Counted from the stretch's first letter, positions 21,191-32,232 are shown. The stretch: 64,000 nucleotides of DNA from Firmicutes bacterium UBA7510 (GCA_002479485.1 DLNM01000013.1:28142-92141), one strand, 5' to 3'. Translations and numbers: made by a program. The notes: generated from the sequence alone by a model not told the origin.

Positions 21191-21482
21191 CTACATACCA
21201 GGCAAAGAATTTGATGTCATTGGTTTAGTTAAAGGCAGTGTTATACAATCAAAACACATAGGAAAGGACATAATGTCAGGCTTTAAAACTATAGTAGGTG
21301 GAGAATTAAATTCATACACTGAAATGATGGAAGAGGCTAGAGGCATAGCTACACTACGTATGGTTAAAGAAGCAGAAAAACTTGGTGCTAATGCGATAAT
21401 AAATATAAGATACACCTCTGCGGCAGTAATGCAAGGTGCAGCAGAAATACTAGCATACGGAACAGCAGTAAAAACTAAATAA
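21174..21482 (+). CDS. YbjQ/UPF0145 family protein
   Basis: GLVKG...KHIGKDI..G.K.IVGGEL..Y, GANAII, YGTAV. Confidence 0.92.
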   Translation: MLVNIDYIPGKEFDVIGLVKGSVIQSKHIGKDIMSGFKTIVGGELNSYTEMMEEARGIATLRMVKEAEKLGANAIINIRYTSAAVMQGAAEILAYGTAVKTK

Positions 21483-21513
21483 AAAAATAGGGATGATATG
21501 TCCCTATTTTTTT
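21482..21513. terminator. Bidirectional terminator
   Basis: AAAAAAATAGGGA..TCCCTATTTTTTT. Confidence 0.8.
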
Positions 21514-21526
21514 CAGATAAATTACT

Positions 21527-22681
21527 TTAATTATACGCACTTTTTATGCGTTCTAGTCCTTTTACAAGAGTTTCTCTTGGACAACCTATGTTAAATCTCA
21601 TAAAGCCTTTTCCGGCATCACCAAATGTATATCCAGAATTTAACTCTACACCAGCTTTTTTAAAGAATTTTTTTAATTCCTCATCATTTAAATTTAACTC
21701 TCTACAGTCTAACCAAATCAAGTAAGTTCCCTCTGCTTTTATTGGTTTTATTTTCGGAGTGTATCTATTCATATAATCAATTAAAAAATCTCTATTACTT
21801 TCTAAGTAATTCATCAATTCAAATAAATAATCCTCACCATATTGATAAGCGGCCTCTAAAGCAACCTTTCCTAAAACATTCACCGAAATATGTCTTACGT
21901 TTAGGTACTCATTAAACTTGTCTCTAATTTCTTTGTTTGGTATAACTATAATTGAAGTTGCAAGTCCAGCTAGGCTAAATGTTTTACTAGCTGAGTAGCA
22001 TGCAATAGTTATATTCTTAATTTCTTCACTAAGTGATGCTATTGGGGTATGCTTATATCCTTTGTAAATTATATCAGAATGTATTTCGTCAGCTATTATT
22101 AATATATTGTTCTTAACACAGATATTACCTAGTTTTTCAAGCTCCTCTTTAGTGAACACTCTCCCACTAGGATTATGCGGATTGGATAAAAGAAATAGTT
22201 TTGCATTTTTAGCCTTTTCTTCAAAGTCTTTAAAATCTATTTCATATTTGCCATTATTTAAAATCATATTATTTTCTATAATTTTTCTATTATTATCTGT
22301 CGGCACTTGTAGAAAGGGCGGATATACAGGTGTTTGTACAAGTATTGAATCTCCGGCTTTTGTAAAGCATTCAATTGCATATAAAATTGCTGAAACTATA
22401 CCAGGAGTATAGCTTATCCACTCATCTTCAATATTCCAGTCGTATCTTTTGCTAATCCAATTTTTTACAGTGGGAATTAAAGTTTCGCTGTATGCAGTAT
22501 ATCCAAATATTCCGTGCTCAATTCTTTCCTTTAATGCCTCAATAACCTCTATTGGAGCTTTAAAATCTAAATCAGCTATCCAATATGGCAAAGCTTTTAC
22601 ACCGTTATCCTCAGCTACTACATCCCATTTGATGCTAGCTGTATTTTCTCTTGAAATCACTTCATCAAAATTATACTTCAT
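21527..22681 (-). CDS. patB: MalY/PatB-family PLP-dependent C-S lyase
   Basis: NFDE.I.R..T.SIKWD, WIADLDF, NPHNPSGR, ADEIH, SASKTF. Confidence 0.9.
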   Translation of the reverse strand: MKYNFDEVISRENTASIKWDVVAEDNGVKALPYWIADLDFKAPIEVIEALKERIEHGIFGYTAYSETLIPTVKNWISKRYDWNIEDEWISYTPGIVSAILYAIECFTKAGDSILVQTPVYPPFLQVPTDNNRKIIENNMILNNGKYEIDFKDFEEKAKNAKLFLLSNPHNPSGRVFTKEELEKLGNICVKNNILIIADEIHSDIIYKGYKHTPIASLSEEIKNITIACYSASKTFSLAGLATSIIVIPNKEIRDKFNEYLNVRHISVNVLGKVALEAAYQYGEDYLFELMNYLESNRDFLIDYMNRYTPKIKPIKAEGTYLIWLDCRELNLNDEELKKFFKKAGVELNSGYTFGDAGKGFMRFNIGCPRETLVKGLERIKSAYN

Positions 22682-22701
22682 AAACATCCTCCAAGTTGAG
22701 A

Positions 22702-24834
22702 CTATGAAATTACATTAAAATTAACATACCTGCCATTAATTTGCATGTTAATTGATATATTTTTTTCACTACCATCTTCAAGTTTTATAGAAAAGTCATT
22801 GGTTTTACCATTTTCTATTAGTTCTTTAGCCATTTCCTTAGTTAGATTTATGTTATTTTCAACAAATACCTTATCACTTTTCCATATTCCAAAATTACAT
22901 TTTGGATAATTTCTAAATCCTGAACAGTAAAAGCCCTTTTCACTTTCAAAAATGCTTTGTCCGCATTTTGGACAAATTCCAATAACCTCTTTGTTGGAAT
23001 TATATAAATTGTTTCCAGTAAAGCTAACATTGGCTAAATTGCTTCTTTTACCTTCATTAATTATATCATAAACGTATTTTTTAATATTAACTATAAAATT
23101 TTGAGATTTTTCATCACCTGATGTAATTTTATTTAAAGATTGCTCCCATTCTCCTGTCAAATCTGGTTTTTTAAGCTTTTCTGGAATGAGCTCTATAAGT
23201 TTAATACCATTTTCAGTAGGAACAAGATTTTTCTTATTTCTTTTAATATATCCTACAGATACGAGTTTTTCAATTATGCCAGCTCTTGTTGCCGGTGTAC
23301 CAAGACCAATACTCTTCATATTTTCTCTTAGCTCTTCATCTTCTATTTGCTTGCCAGCAGTCTCCATAGCAGTAAGCAGTGTAGCCTCATTATAAAGCTT
23401 TGGAGAAGATGTTTTCTTTTCTAAAAGCTTTAACTCCTCAACATTAACCTTATCATTTTTCTTAACAGCCTTTGTTATTTCTTTTTCATCTTCTTCGTCG
23501 GTATTAACAACTTTTCCAAGAAGTATATCCTCTGTTTCCTTCCAACCAGGTACTGTTATTTTTTTACCTCTAGCCTTAAAGTTTTCATTTTCTATAACAA
23601 GCTCTATATCTGTTTGCTCGTATTCCTGCTTTTTATCTAATGCTACGATAAATCTAGTAATAACAAGCTTAAGTATGTTTCTTTCTTTTTCAGGAAGCTT
23701 TATTCTCTCAAGATTTCTAATATTGTCTGTTACTATAATAGCATGGTGATCAGTTATCTTTTTATCATCAATCACTCTTTTATCAGTATTAATTTTTTGA
23801 GATAAAACTTTATCTATACAGCTCTCGGTCTCTTTGTACCCTTGTTTAATATTAAGTAATAAACCATTAAGCTTTGGCTTCATATCATTGCTTAGATATC
23901 TGCTATCTGTTCTTGGATATGTTGTTAGCTTATATTTTTCATATAAATTTTGTGCAGCTTCTAGTGTTTGTTCTGCCGTATATCCATATTTTTTGTTGCC
24001 ATCTCTTTGAAGCTCAGTTAAATCATATAACAATGGTCTTTCAGTTGTAGCTTTTTTCTTTGTTACTTTTGTTATTAAGCCTTCTTTATTTTCGCATTTT
24101 TTAATTATTTCTTCGGCTTTTTCTTTTTCCTTTATTCTAGTTCCATCCTCATTATACCATGTAGCAGTAAAGCTTCCACAGTTTGCAGAAATCTCAAAAA
24201 ATGGTTCTGGAACAAAATTATCTATCTCATGCTGCCTTTGAACTATCATGGCAAGTGTTGGTGTTTGAACACGTCCAATTGTCAATTTTTGATTATATTT
24301 AACAGAAAATAATCTTGTAGCATTTATTCCAACAAGCCAATCAGCTTCAGACCTTGATTTTGCAGATTGGTATAAAAGATAATAATCCTTATTATCTCTT
24401 AAGCTATTAAAGCCTTCTTTTATAGCCTCATCTGTCATACTGCTTATCCACAATCTTTTTACAGGCTTTTTACATTCAGCAGTAATATAAACATATCCAA
24501 AAATTAGCTGTCCTTCTCTCCCAGCATCGGTTGCACATATAATTTCATCTACATCTTCATTATTCATTAATCTTTTTACAATATCATATTGTTCCTTTGT
24601 AGATTCATTTATAACATATTTAAATTTAGTAGGGAAGATAGGTAATGTATTCATATTCCAAGTCTTAAACTTAGAATCATACTCCTCTGGCATTGCTAAT
24701 TGCACTAAGTGACCCACGCACCAGGTTACGGTATATCCATTACCAGCCATATACCCATTTCCCCGTTTATTAATCCCCAATACATTTGCAATGTCTTTTG
24801 CAACTGATGGTTTCTCCGTTATAATTAATTTCAT
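22702..24834 (-). CDS. topB: DNA topoisomerase III
   Basis: EKPSVA, ATDAGREG, GRVQTPTL, TYPRTD, C-terminal Zn ribbon. Confidence 0.95.
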   Translation of the reverse strand: MKLIITEKPSVAKDIANVLGINKRGNGYMAGNGYTVTWCVGHLVQLAMPEEYDSKFKTWNMNTLPIFPTKFKYVINESTKEQYDIVKRLMNNEDVDEIICATDAGREGQLIFGYVYITAECKKPVKRLWISSMTDEAIKEGFNSLRDNKDYYLLYQSAKSRSEADWLVGINATRLFSVKYNQKLTIGRVQTPTLAMIVQRQHEIDNFVPEPFFEISANCGSFTATWYNEDGTRIKEKEKAEEIIKKCENKEGLITKVTKKKATTERPLLYDLTELQRDGNKKYGYTAEQTLEAAQNLYEKYKLTTYPRTDSRYLSNDMKPKLNGLLLNIKQGYKETESCIDKVLSQKINTDKRVIDDKKITDHHAIIVTDNIRNLERIKLPEKERNILKLVITRFIVALDKKQEYEQTDIELVIENENFKARGKKITVPGWKETEDILLGKVVNTDEEDEKEITKAVKKNDKVNVEELKLLEKKTSSPKLYNEATLLTAMETAGKQIEDEELRENMKSIGLGTPATRAGIIEKLVSVGYIKRNKKNLVPTENGIKLIELIPEKLKKPDLTGEWEQSLNKITSGDEKSQNFIVNIKKYVYDIINEGKRSNLANVSFTGNNLYNSNKEVIGICPKCGQSIFESEKGFYCSGFRNYPKCNFGIWKSDKVFVENNINLTKEMAKELIENGKTNDFSIKLEDGSEKNISINMQINGRYVNFNVIS

Positions 24835-24836
24835 TT

Positions 24837-26309
24837 CTAACCCTTTTTACCCATTTTTTCTATTTCTATAATATTGCTTAAGGAATTATTATCTTTAATA
24901 AAGCTTATACTAATATTTGATTTTTCTTCCATAAGCCAAATCTCATTTTTTAGTTCAATTGTTACCTTATTATAAATTTGCTCATTGCACTTTAAAATAA
25001 CAAAATTGCATGATGTATTTGAATGTACTTTTCTTATTATATTTTCAATTTTAAATAATATTTGTAGAGAGGATGGAACAGTACCGCTTCCATTGCAAGC
25101 TTTGCATTTTTCATTCATAGAGTTGTAGAAATTTTCCCTATTTCTTTTTCTTGTTATTTCCATAAGATTTAGCTTGGTCATACCTAAAACCTTAGTTTTT
25201 GCTTTATCCTGCTTCAATAATTCTTTAGCTTTATTAACTAAAATTTCTGAAAAATCATTTTTTCGAAAATCTATAAAATCAATAATAATAATTCCACTTA
25301 TGTTTCTTAGCCTTATTTGTCTAGCTATTTCTTTTAGCGCGACCAAATTCATAGTTAAAGAAGTATCATCCTGCAAACTGTTCGTACCAATGAATTTTCC
25401 ACTATTTACGTCTATTACTGTCATCGCCTCTGTACTATCTATAATAATGCTTCCACCATTATCAAGTTCTATTTTTCTATCATTTAATTCGTCTATTTGT
25501 TTTTCAATATTAAATGTCTCAAATAGGTTTGTGTAGGAATCTATTAATTTAATATTATTATATCCATCATATTTAGATAAAAGATTGCTTACGATATTCT
25601 TTGTTTCTTTATCCTCAACATAGACTTCATCTACATCTTTATTGATATATTCAAAAAATACCTTTTCAAGTAATGTATTATGTCTTTGTAACAACTTAGG
25701 TGCATAGGAATAACCATACTCTTTTTCTATTTTTTTATATTTATTAACTAATAAATTATATTCTTCTTGTAGTACTTTTTCATCTAATCCTTCAGCAGAG
25801 GTTCTAATAACCATACCATAGTCTTCGCTTAAAATTTTATTACCAATGTCATATAATCTTTTCTTCTCTATTTTATTTACAATTCTTTTGGACACATTGA
25901 CTTCCATATTTTTTGGAATCAAGGCAAGATATTTACCAGCTAAAGATATGTCTGTAGTAACAGCAACATTCTTTTCACCTATTGGCTCTCGAATAACCTG
26001 AACCATTAATTCCTCACCTTTTTTTACAATATCGCTTATATTATAGATTTCATCCTTGCTTAAATTTTTATCAGATATAGTTTTATTAGATAATAACTCA
26101 TCTATATATAAATAAGCATTTTTCTCAAGTCCAATGTCCACAAAAACTGCTTGCATTCCTGGTAATATATCTATAACCTTACCTTTGTAAATATTGCTAA
26201 GGCTACTATATTCATTTTTATTCTCATAAAAAAATTCTTCTAAACTTCCATCTATTAATATAGCTACCTTCTCATAGGAAAAAGAGCTCGTTATAATTAA
26301 CTGTCTCAT
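24837..26309 (-). CDS. rng: Rne/Rng family ribonuclease
   Basis: S1 domain NIYKGKV..ILPGMQA.FVDIG, IDVNSG, IARQIRLRN.SG.IIIDFID; start MRQLII at 26309 with SD GGGAGG. Confidence 0.93.
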   Translation of the reverse strand: MRQLIITSSFSYEKVAILIDGSLEEFFYENKNEYSSLSNIYKGKVIDILPGMQAVFVDIGLEKNAYLYIDELLSNKTISDKNLSKDEIYNISDIVKKGEELMVQVIREPIGEKNVAVTTDISLAGKYLALIPKNMEVNVSKRIVNKIEKKRLYDIGNKILSEDYGMVIRTSAEGLDEKVLQEEYNLLVNKYKKIEKEYGYSYAPKLLQRHNTLLEKVFFEYINKDVDEVYVEDKETKNIVSNLLSKYDGYNNIKLIDSYTNLFETFNIEKQIDELNDRKIELDNGGSIIIDSTEAMTVIDVNSGKFIGTNSLQDDTSLTMNLVALKEIARQIRLRNISGIIIIDFIDFRKNDFSEILVNKAKELLKQDKAKTKVLGMTKLNLMEITRKRNRENFYNSMNEKCKACNGSGTVPSSLQILFKIENIIRKVHSNTSCNFVILKCNEQIYNKVTIELKNEIWLMEEKSNISISFIKDNNSLSNIIEIEKMGKKG

Positions 26310-26320
26310 AATTTCCTCCC

Positions 26321-26449
26321 ATTGCGCCACTTCGTGGCGTCACAATAATTTTAGTGTAAAACAAACTTTACACTTGAAGAATCGTTTTTTGATTCTTCCA
26401 TAGAGTGAAATACATTTCATTCTGTGAAGAGTGTTTTCTCTTCACTCTT
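26321..26449 (-). repeat. Modular hairpin element, copy B (before the rng SD)
   Basis: AGAGTGAA..TTCAC, AGAATGAAAT-GT-ATTTCACTCT, GAAGAATC-A6C-GATTCTTC, extra AGTGTAAA..TTTACACT, CGCCAC-GAA-GTGGCG-CAAT-GGGAGG. Confidence 0.85.
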
Positions 26450-26460
26450 ATACCTCAATT

Positions 26461-27144
26461 TTACAATATTGGTTTTAGATCCTCACTTAACGATTCCACC
26501 TTCATAGCTGAATAATAGTCTATTACAATATTATTTTCTTCTAAAACCTTAATAAAATCAGAAACCTTCATACTTCCTTCGCCAGAAGTTTTAAAAACAA
26601 CTTCTATAATAATTTTTTCATCATTTATTATTTTAGCCTTTGTATAATGAATAAAATCTTTTGTATTAATTTCTTTTTTTGTAACCTTATTTTTTGCTTT
26701 ATTCTTTTTCTCTTTTATATATGTTACACCTTCATTTGCCATTTTAGCAAGTAAAGCATTTAAATTTTCTATATCAATATCGCTTGCTTCTATATTTATT
26801 AAGTATTCAGCATAATTACACATTGTCATAAGAGAATCTTTACCTTCATAATACTTTGCACCCATTATCTTCATTTTGTTAGGCAAAACATCATTTAAGG
26901 CATCAACAAGTTTTTCTATATCAACTTTTTCAGTTAACTCAAGCTCAAAATATTCCCCAACACTTTCAACACCAAGAGACAAAGGAAAACCGAATGCTAT
27001 CTTAATATGTGGGTTAAATCCTTCTGAATATTTTGCAGGAAGCTTTGCTCTACAAATAGCTCTTTGCATAAGCCTTAAGATATCTAAGTGTGAAATAAAC
27101 TTCAAATCACCAGTTTTAGTATATTTACAAATTACCTTATACAC
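26461..27144 (-). CDS. Radical SAM-associated protein (TIGR03936/DUF2344-like)
   Basis: Y.K.G.LKFISHLD, YSEGFNPH, PLSLGVES; GTG start 27144 with SD GGAGGTG. Confidence 0.88.
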   Translation of the reverse strand: MYKVICKYTKTGDLKFISHLDILRLMQRAICRAKLPAKYSEGFNPHIKIAFGFPLSLGVESVGEYFELELTEKVDIEKLVDALNDVLPNKMKIMGAKYYEGKDSLMTMCNYAEYLINIEASDIDIENLNALLAKMANEGVTYIKEKKNKAKNKVTKKEINTKDFIHYTKAKIINDEKIIIEVVFKTSGEGSMKVSDFIKVLEENNIVIDYYSAMKVESLSEDLKPIL

Positions 27145-28987
27145 GTTTACATACACCTCCAACTTTTCTTTTATTAATACCACAATTGCTACATTTTTCC
27201 TTACAGTTCGGTGTAGTAGATTCACTTAAAGCTTTATTGTACTCATCAATTAAAAAGCTTTTTTCAACGCCAATATCTATAAAATCCCAAGGAAGAACCT
27301 CAGTAATCTCTCTGTTTCTAGTTGCATAAAAATCTGTGCTAATTCCTAATTCATCAAAAGTTTCAATCCATGTATTGTATTTAAACCATTCATTCCAACC
27401 ATCAAATTTACAGCCTTTTTCCCAAGCTTTTATTAACACATCAGCTACTCTTCTGTCACCTCTAGCAAAAACAGCCTCCAAATAGCTTATACGCGGCGCA
27501 TGGTAATTATATACAACTTTTTTATCCTTTATTTCTCTATCAAGCATCTTGGCCTTATCGTAAAATTCATCAATAGTATTTTGTCCAAACCACTGAAATG
27601 GTGTAAATGGTTTTGGAACAAAGCATGCAGCACTTACTGTAACTCTAAGATTACCTTTGATTTGTTCTCTTGGTCTATCAAAAAATGAATCTTTTATCTT
27701 ATAGGCTAAATCCTTTATTCCCATAACGTCTTCTACAGTCTCAGTTGGAAGTCCAATCATAAAGTACAGTTTAACAGTCGACCAGCCTAAATCGAAGGCT
27801 GTTTTAACAGGTTTTAAAATTTGTTCTTCAGTTAAATTTTTATTAATTACATCTCTTAAACGTTGAGAGCCAGCCTCAGGTGCAAATGTTAAGCCTGATT
27901 TTTTAACCTCTTGCAATTTTTCAATTAAATCGAAGGTAACTGTATCAAGTCTTAAGGATGGTAATGATATTCCTATATTCCTTTTTTCATACTTTTCAAG
28001 AAGCTGTGTAGCTAAATCTCCTAAACAAGAGTAATCACTAGAGCTTAGAGAAGATAATGATATTTCTTCATGTCCAGATGATTCAATTAGGTTTTCTGCT
28101 TGACTTAATAAGGTATTTACATTTTTTTCTCTAAAAGGTCTATATAACATACCAGCTTGACAAAATCTACATCCTCTGACACATCCTCTAAGGATTTCTA
28201 AAACTACTCTATCATGTACTGTATCAATATATGGTACAATTATTTTGTCAGGGAAATAGCTTTTATCCATATCCTTAATAATTCTTCTTTTTATAATTTC
28301 AGGTGCATTAGAATTAAGTATCTTTCTTTCCTTTATGGTGCCATCCTCATTGTATATAACATCATAAAATTTAGGCACATATATACCTTCAATTTGTGCA
28401 GCTTTTTCTAAAAATTCATCCTTAGTGTATCCTTTTTCCTTCTTTTCCTCATATAAATTACACAGTTCTAATGTTACCTCTTCAGCTTCTCCAAGCACGA
28501 ATAAATCTATAACATTGTATAAAGGCTCTGGATTAAATGCACATGGTCCTCCAGCAATAATAAGCGGCATATTGTCATCTCTATCCTCTGAACGAACAGG
28601 AATATTTGCAAGGTCTATCATATTCAATACATTTGTAAAGCTCATCTCATATTGCAGAGTAAATCCAACTATATCAAAATCCTTTAACTCGTCCTTGCTT
28701 TCAAGTGCAAACAAAGGTATGTCGTTTTCTCTCATTATTTCTTCCATATCAACCCAAGGTGCAAATACTCTTTCACACCAAATGTTGTCTTGAGAATTTA
28801 ATAAATTATACAATATGTGCATTCCTAGATGAGACATTCCTACTTCATATACATCGGGAAAAGCAAAGGCAAACCTCAGATTTATATTTTCTTTATTTTT
28901 AACAATTTCATTTAACTCACTACCTACATATCTTGCAGGTTTTTCAGCCTTTAATAAAAGCTTATCTAATTTTTTAGTATTTATCAT
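27137..28987 (-). CDS. B12-binding radical SAM protein (TIGR03960-like)
   Basis: KPARYVG.E, PDVYEVGMSHLG, RGCVRGCRFCQAG, FVPKPFTPFQW. Confidence 0.92.
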   Translation of the reverse strand: MINTKKLDKLLLKAEKPARYVGSELNEIVKNKENINLRFAFAFPDVYEVGMSHLGMHILYNLLNSQDNIWCERVFAPWVDMEEIMRENDIPLFALESKDELKDFDIVGFTLQYEMSFTNVLNMIDLANIPVRSEDRDDNMPLIIAGGPCAFNPEPLYNVIDLFVLGEAEEVTLELCNLYEEKKEKGYTKDEFLEKAAQIEGIYVPKFYDVIYNEDGTIKERKILNSNAPEIIKRRIIKDMDKSYFPDKIIVPYIDTVHDRVVLEILRGCVRGCRFCQAGMLYRPFREKNVNTLLSQAENLIESSGHEEISLSSLSSSDYSCLGDLATQLLEKYEKRNIGISLPSLRLDTVTFDLIEKLQEVKKSGLTFAPEAGSQRLRDVINKNLTEEQILKPVKTAFDLGWSTVKLYFMIGLPTETVEDVMGIKDLAYKIKDSFFDRPREQIKGNLRVTVSAACFVPKPFTPFQWFGQNTIDEFYDKAKMLDREIKDKKVVYNYHAPRISYLEAVFARGDRRVADVLIKAWEKGCKFDGWNEWFKYNTWIETFDELGISTDFYATRNREITEVLPWDFIDIGVEKSFLIDEYNKALSESTTPNCKEKCSNCGINKRKVGGVCKRV

Positions 28988-29004
28988 TATTCAAACCTAT
29001 CTCT

Positions 29005-31155
29005 CTATTTATTTTCAATAGCATATTCCTTTGGCGCATCTTCACAAAGTAAGTGTTTAACAAAATAATCCCATTTTTTTCTTATAACATAATTATTCTT
29101 CGAAACATCATGATACTGATTAGGAACAATTAACATATCAAAATCCTTGTTATTATTAATTAATTCATTAACCACTCTCATAGTGTTCGACATATGAACA
29201 TTATCATCCAAATCTCCATGAATTAACAGAAGTTTTCCTGATAAATTGCTGACAAGTTTTGAATTATCTTGCTTGTCATATGTATCTTTTATATACTCTC
29301 CATTATATCTTTCTACCCAGCAAGCATTATACATTCTTTCGTCGTGATTTCCTGCTATTGCTACACCAACCTTATAAACTTGTGGATATTCACAAAGCGC
29401 TCTAAGTGTACCATATCCACCACCTGAGCTTCCCCATATACCAACTCTATCTATATCAATAAAATCATATATTTCAGCTAATTTTTTTGTACAATACTCA
29501 TGTTCCTTAAGCCCTGCACTTCCCTGTAGATTTCTATAACATATATTATGAAAATCCTTACTTCTATTTGGAGTTCCTGGTCCATCTAGTATAATTCCTA
29601 TAAATCCAAGCTGTGCAAAAGATTCTAAGCCTCCACAAGCTTCTTTACCTTCTATATGCCATACAAATTTTTTAGGAACATTTATACATTGAACACCACC
29701 ATAAATATAATCAATAACTGGATATTTTTTATTTTTATCAAAATTGCTTGGTTTAATAATAATTCCATAAAGGTCTGTAATTCCATCAGAAGCTTTTATA
29801 CTAAATCTTTCAGGAGTTACAAATCCAGCTTCTAAAAGCCTACTTATATCTGCTTTTTCTATTTCTAATATTAATTCACCTAAATTGTTTCTTAAAACTG
29901 TTATAGGTGATAAATCAACTCTTGAATAAGTATCTACAAAGTATTGATAATTTGGAGATAAGCTAACTGTATGATCTGCATCCTCATCAACAAGTCTTTT
30001 AAATCCTATCCCATCTAAATTAATTTTGCAAAAATATGTGAAGTATGGGTCGCTACTGTCCTTAAAACCATTAGCATTAAAATATATAACTTCATTTTTC
30101 TCATCTACACCAACAAGATTCTTAACTATGTATTCTCCACCAGTAATATTATTTAATAACTTGCCAGTTATCACATCATATTTATACAGTCTTGCATTTC
30201 CTTCTCTTTCAGAATACCAAATTGCATACTTGTTATCACTTGACAAGTAACAGCTAAAATTAAAATCAATACCACCATCAGCGCTGCCATATGAGTCTAA
30301 GAATAAAAATTTATCTGTTTTTTCATAAACTACTGTATTACATTTTTTATCATCAATATTGTAAATATTAAATTTAGCCTCATTAAAATATCTATTCATC
30401 CTTACATAATAAATATTTTTACTGTCAGCTGACCACTTAACCTTTTTAATAGCATTTTCAAAAGGTCTTCCAAAGTTTATTACTAGTGGCTCAACATCTA
30501 ACATTTCAAGCTCATCTTTTTCTATATCATAAATGCACAAATAGGCTAATGGTATATATTCATCATTCGGTAAATGGTATTTATACGAATACAATCTTGG
30601 TCTATGATCTTCTTCATCTTCAATTACATTTTGCACAACATGCATTTCTTTAACATCTCTTTGGTCTAGCTTATAGGTTAATATTCTTTTTGAATCATCT
30701 GACCATATAACACTCGGTTCAACTTCTGTCTTTTCTATAGCGCTTCTAACAGCCCTATTGCTACATCCTGGTACAGAACCATAATCAAAGTATTTGCAAC
30801 CATCATTAGTTATATTTTTACTTTCACCATTTTTTAAATTTTTAAGCCTTAAATTATATCCATCAAAGCATATTGAATAGTTTTTATCTGGTGATATTAC
30901 CTCTATATTATTTTTGTCTTTATCATCATCTTCTTTTTCATTAGTTTTGTCTTCAAATAATGATACTTCTTTGCATGCACAATCTACCTTTATTTTCTCA
31001 TTACAAATTTCATCACCATTATATTTATCTTTGTTATACCAAAAAGTAGTATCATCTATCCAATTTATCTTTGGATATGCATTTAAAACAAGGCTCTTAG
31101 TTTCTAATAATTTTTCTGCATTCTTATAACTGTTAATCAATTTAGTTGCCTCCAA
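29005..31155 (-). CDS. S9 family dipeptidyl peptidase IV-like serine peptidase
   Basis: DPPIV N-terminal propeller, GIWGSSGGG nucleophile, HGDLDDNVH, His in QYH. Confidence 0.9.
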   Translation of the reverse strand: MEATKLINSYKNAEKLLETKSLVLNAYPKINWIDDTTFWYNKDKYNGDEICNEKIKVDCACKEVSLFEDKTNEKEDDDKDKNNIEVISPDKNYSICFDGYNLRLKNLKNGESKNITNDGCKYFDYGSVPGCSNRAVRSAIEKTEVEPSVIWSDDSKRILTYKLDQRDVKEMHVVQNVIEDEEDHRPRLYSYKYHLPNDEYIPLAYLCIYDIEKDELEMLDVEPLVINFGRPFENAIKKVKWSADSKNIYYVRMNRYFNEAKFNIYNIDDKKCNTVVYEKTDKFLFLDSYGSADGGIDFNFSCYLSSDNKYAIWYSEREGNARLYKYDVITGKLLNNITGGEYIVKNLVGVDEKNEVIYFNANGFKDSSDPYFTYFCKINLDGIGFKRLVDEDADHTVSLSPNYQYFVDTYSRVDLSPITVLRNNLGELILEIEKADISRLLEAGFVTPERFSIKASDGITDLYGIIIKPSNFDKNKKYPVIDYIYGGVQCINVPKKFVWHIEGKEACGGLESFAQLGFIGIILDGPGTPNRSKDFHNICYRNLQGSAGLKEHEYCTKKLAEIYDFIDIDRVGIWGSSGGGYGTLRALCEYPQVYKVGVAIAGNHDERMYNACWVERYNGEYIKDTYDKQDNSKLVSNLSGKLLLIHGDLDDNVHMSNTMRVVNELINNNKDFDMLIVPNQYHDVSKNNYVIRKKWDYFVKHLLCEDAPKEYAIENK

Positions 31156-31157
31156 AT

Positions 31158-31994
31158 TTATTTTGCCCCGATTAACCCTTTAATCATTTTAATTTCTTCC
31201 CTATGTCCGTCATCTTCTAAAGGAGTTTCTAAGAAAAATGGCAAATCCTTTAGTTTAGGGTGTGTTATAAATCTTATTAAAGTTTCTAAACCTATTTCAC
31301 CCTTACCAATCTCAGCATGTCTATCCTTATTTTTAGCAAATGGCATCATACTATCATTTAGATGGATAGCTTTTAACCTATCAAGTCCTACAATTTTATC
31401 AAACTCATCTATAACTCCGTCTAAATCATTTACTATGTCGTATCCAGCACTAAAAATATGGCAGGTATCTATACAAACACCTATTTTTTCACTAAAATTA
31501 ACACCATCAATAATGCTTTTTAATTCTTCAAATTTACTTCCAACCTCTGAGCCTTTTCCTGACATTGTTTCAAGCAATATAGTAGAGGTTATTTCCTCTG
31601 TTACAACTTCATTTAGTATTTCAACAATATTTTCTATTCCTTTTTCAATGCCAAGTCCTACATGACTTCCAGGATGAAAATTATATAAGTGAACTGGCAA
31701 AAGTTCTAATCTTTCTAAATCTTGTCTGAGAGCCATACGCGCAAAATTTCTAGTATCCTCAGTTGCTGAACATAAGTTGTATGTGTATGGCGCATGGCAT
31801 AAAATAGGTGCAAAATTATTTTCTTCTATAAATTCTTTAAATTTTTTTACATCTTCTAAATCCAGTGCTTTAATGCCTCCACCTCTAGGGTTTCTTGGAA
31901 AGTATTGAAATGTATTGCTATCTATGCTAAGAGCTGTCTGAGCAGTCTTATAAAATCCTTTTGTTATTGATAAATGTGCTCCAATTTTAATCAT
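31158..31994 (-). CDS. nfo: Endonuclease IV
   Basis: HAPY..NL, FHPGSH, LETM.G.GSE, DTCH, HLNDS, DRHA.IG.G. Confidence 0.96.
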   Translation of the reverse strand: MIKIGAHLSITKGFYKTAQTALSIDSNTFQYFPRNPRGGGIKALDLEDVKKFKEFIEENNFAPILCHAPYTYNLCSATEDTRNFARMALRQDLERLELLPVHLYNFHPGSHVGLGIEKGIENIVEILNEVVTEEITSTILLETMSGKGSEVGSKFEELKSIIDGVNFSEKIGVCIDTCHIFSAGYDIVNDLDGVIDEFDKIVGLDRLKAIHLNDSMMPFAKNKDRHAEIGKGEIGLETLIRFITHPKLKDLPFFLETPLEDDGHREEIKMIKGLIGAK

Positions 31995-32014
31995 CTATTT
32001 CTTATTCTCCTTAA

Positions 32015-32069
32015 ATTCTTCCATTGTGTAAAAAGCTTTTTCACTAGTATGAAACTCTTAATTCACACT
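32015..32069 (-). repeat. Modular hairpin element, partial copy (before the nfo SD)
   Basis: AGTGTGAA..TTCATACT, AGTGAAAAAG-CTTTTTACAC, ATGGAAGAAT (as in copy B), then AAGGAG. Confidence 0.6.
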
Positions 32070-32143
32070 TTTACATCTAATAAGTTTACCACAAAACATG
32101 TAAATTATCTACAAAAAATTAAATTAACGATTAAATACAAAAA

Positions 32144-32183
32144 TAAATCACCACAAATTTTATCAACTATTTGTGGTGATTTA
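32144..32183 (-). terminator. Hairpin terminator after the zinc-ribbon gene
   Basis: TAAATCACCACAAAT..ATTTGTGGTGATTTA. Confidence 0.7.
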
Positions 32184-32232
32184 TAATACTAATACTTATC
32201 GCGATAAGTATTAGAAAATATTCTATTAAATA

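Noticed and set aside
22696..22707. TTGAGACTATG between topB and patB resembling the repeat's 3' stem
   Set aside because: Only about 10 bp, in the opposite orientation and overlapping the topB stop codon; likely chance.
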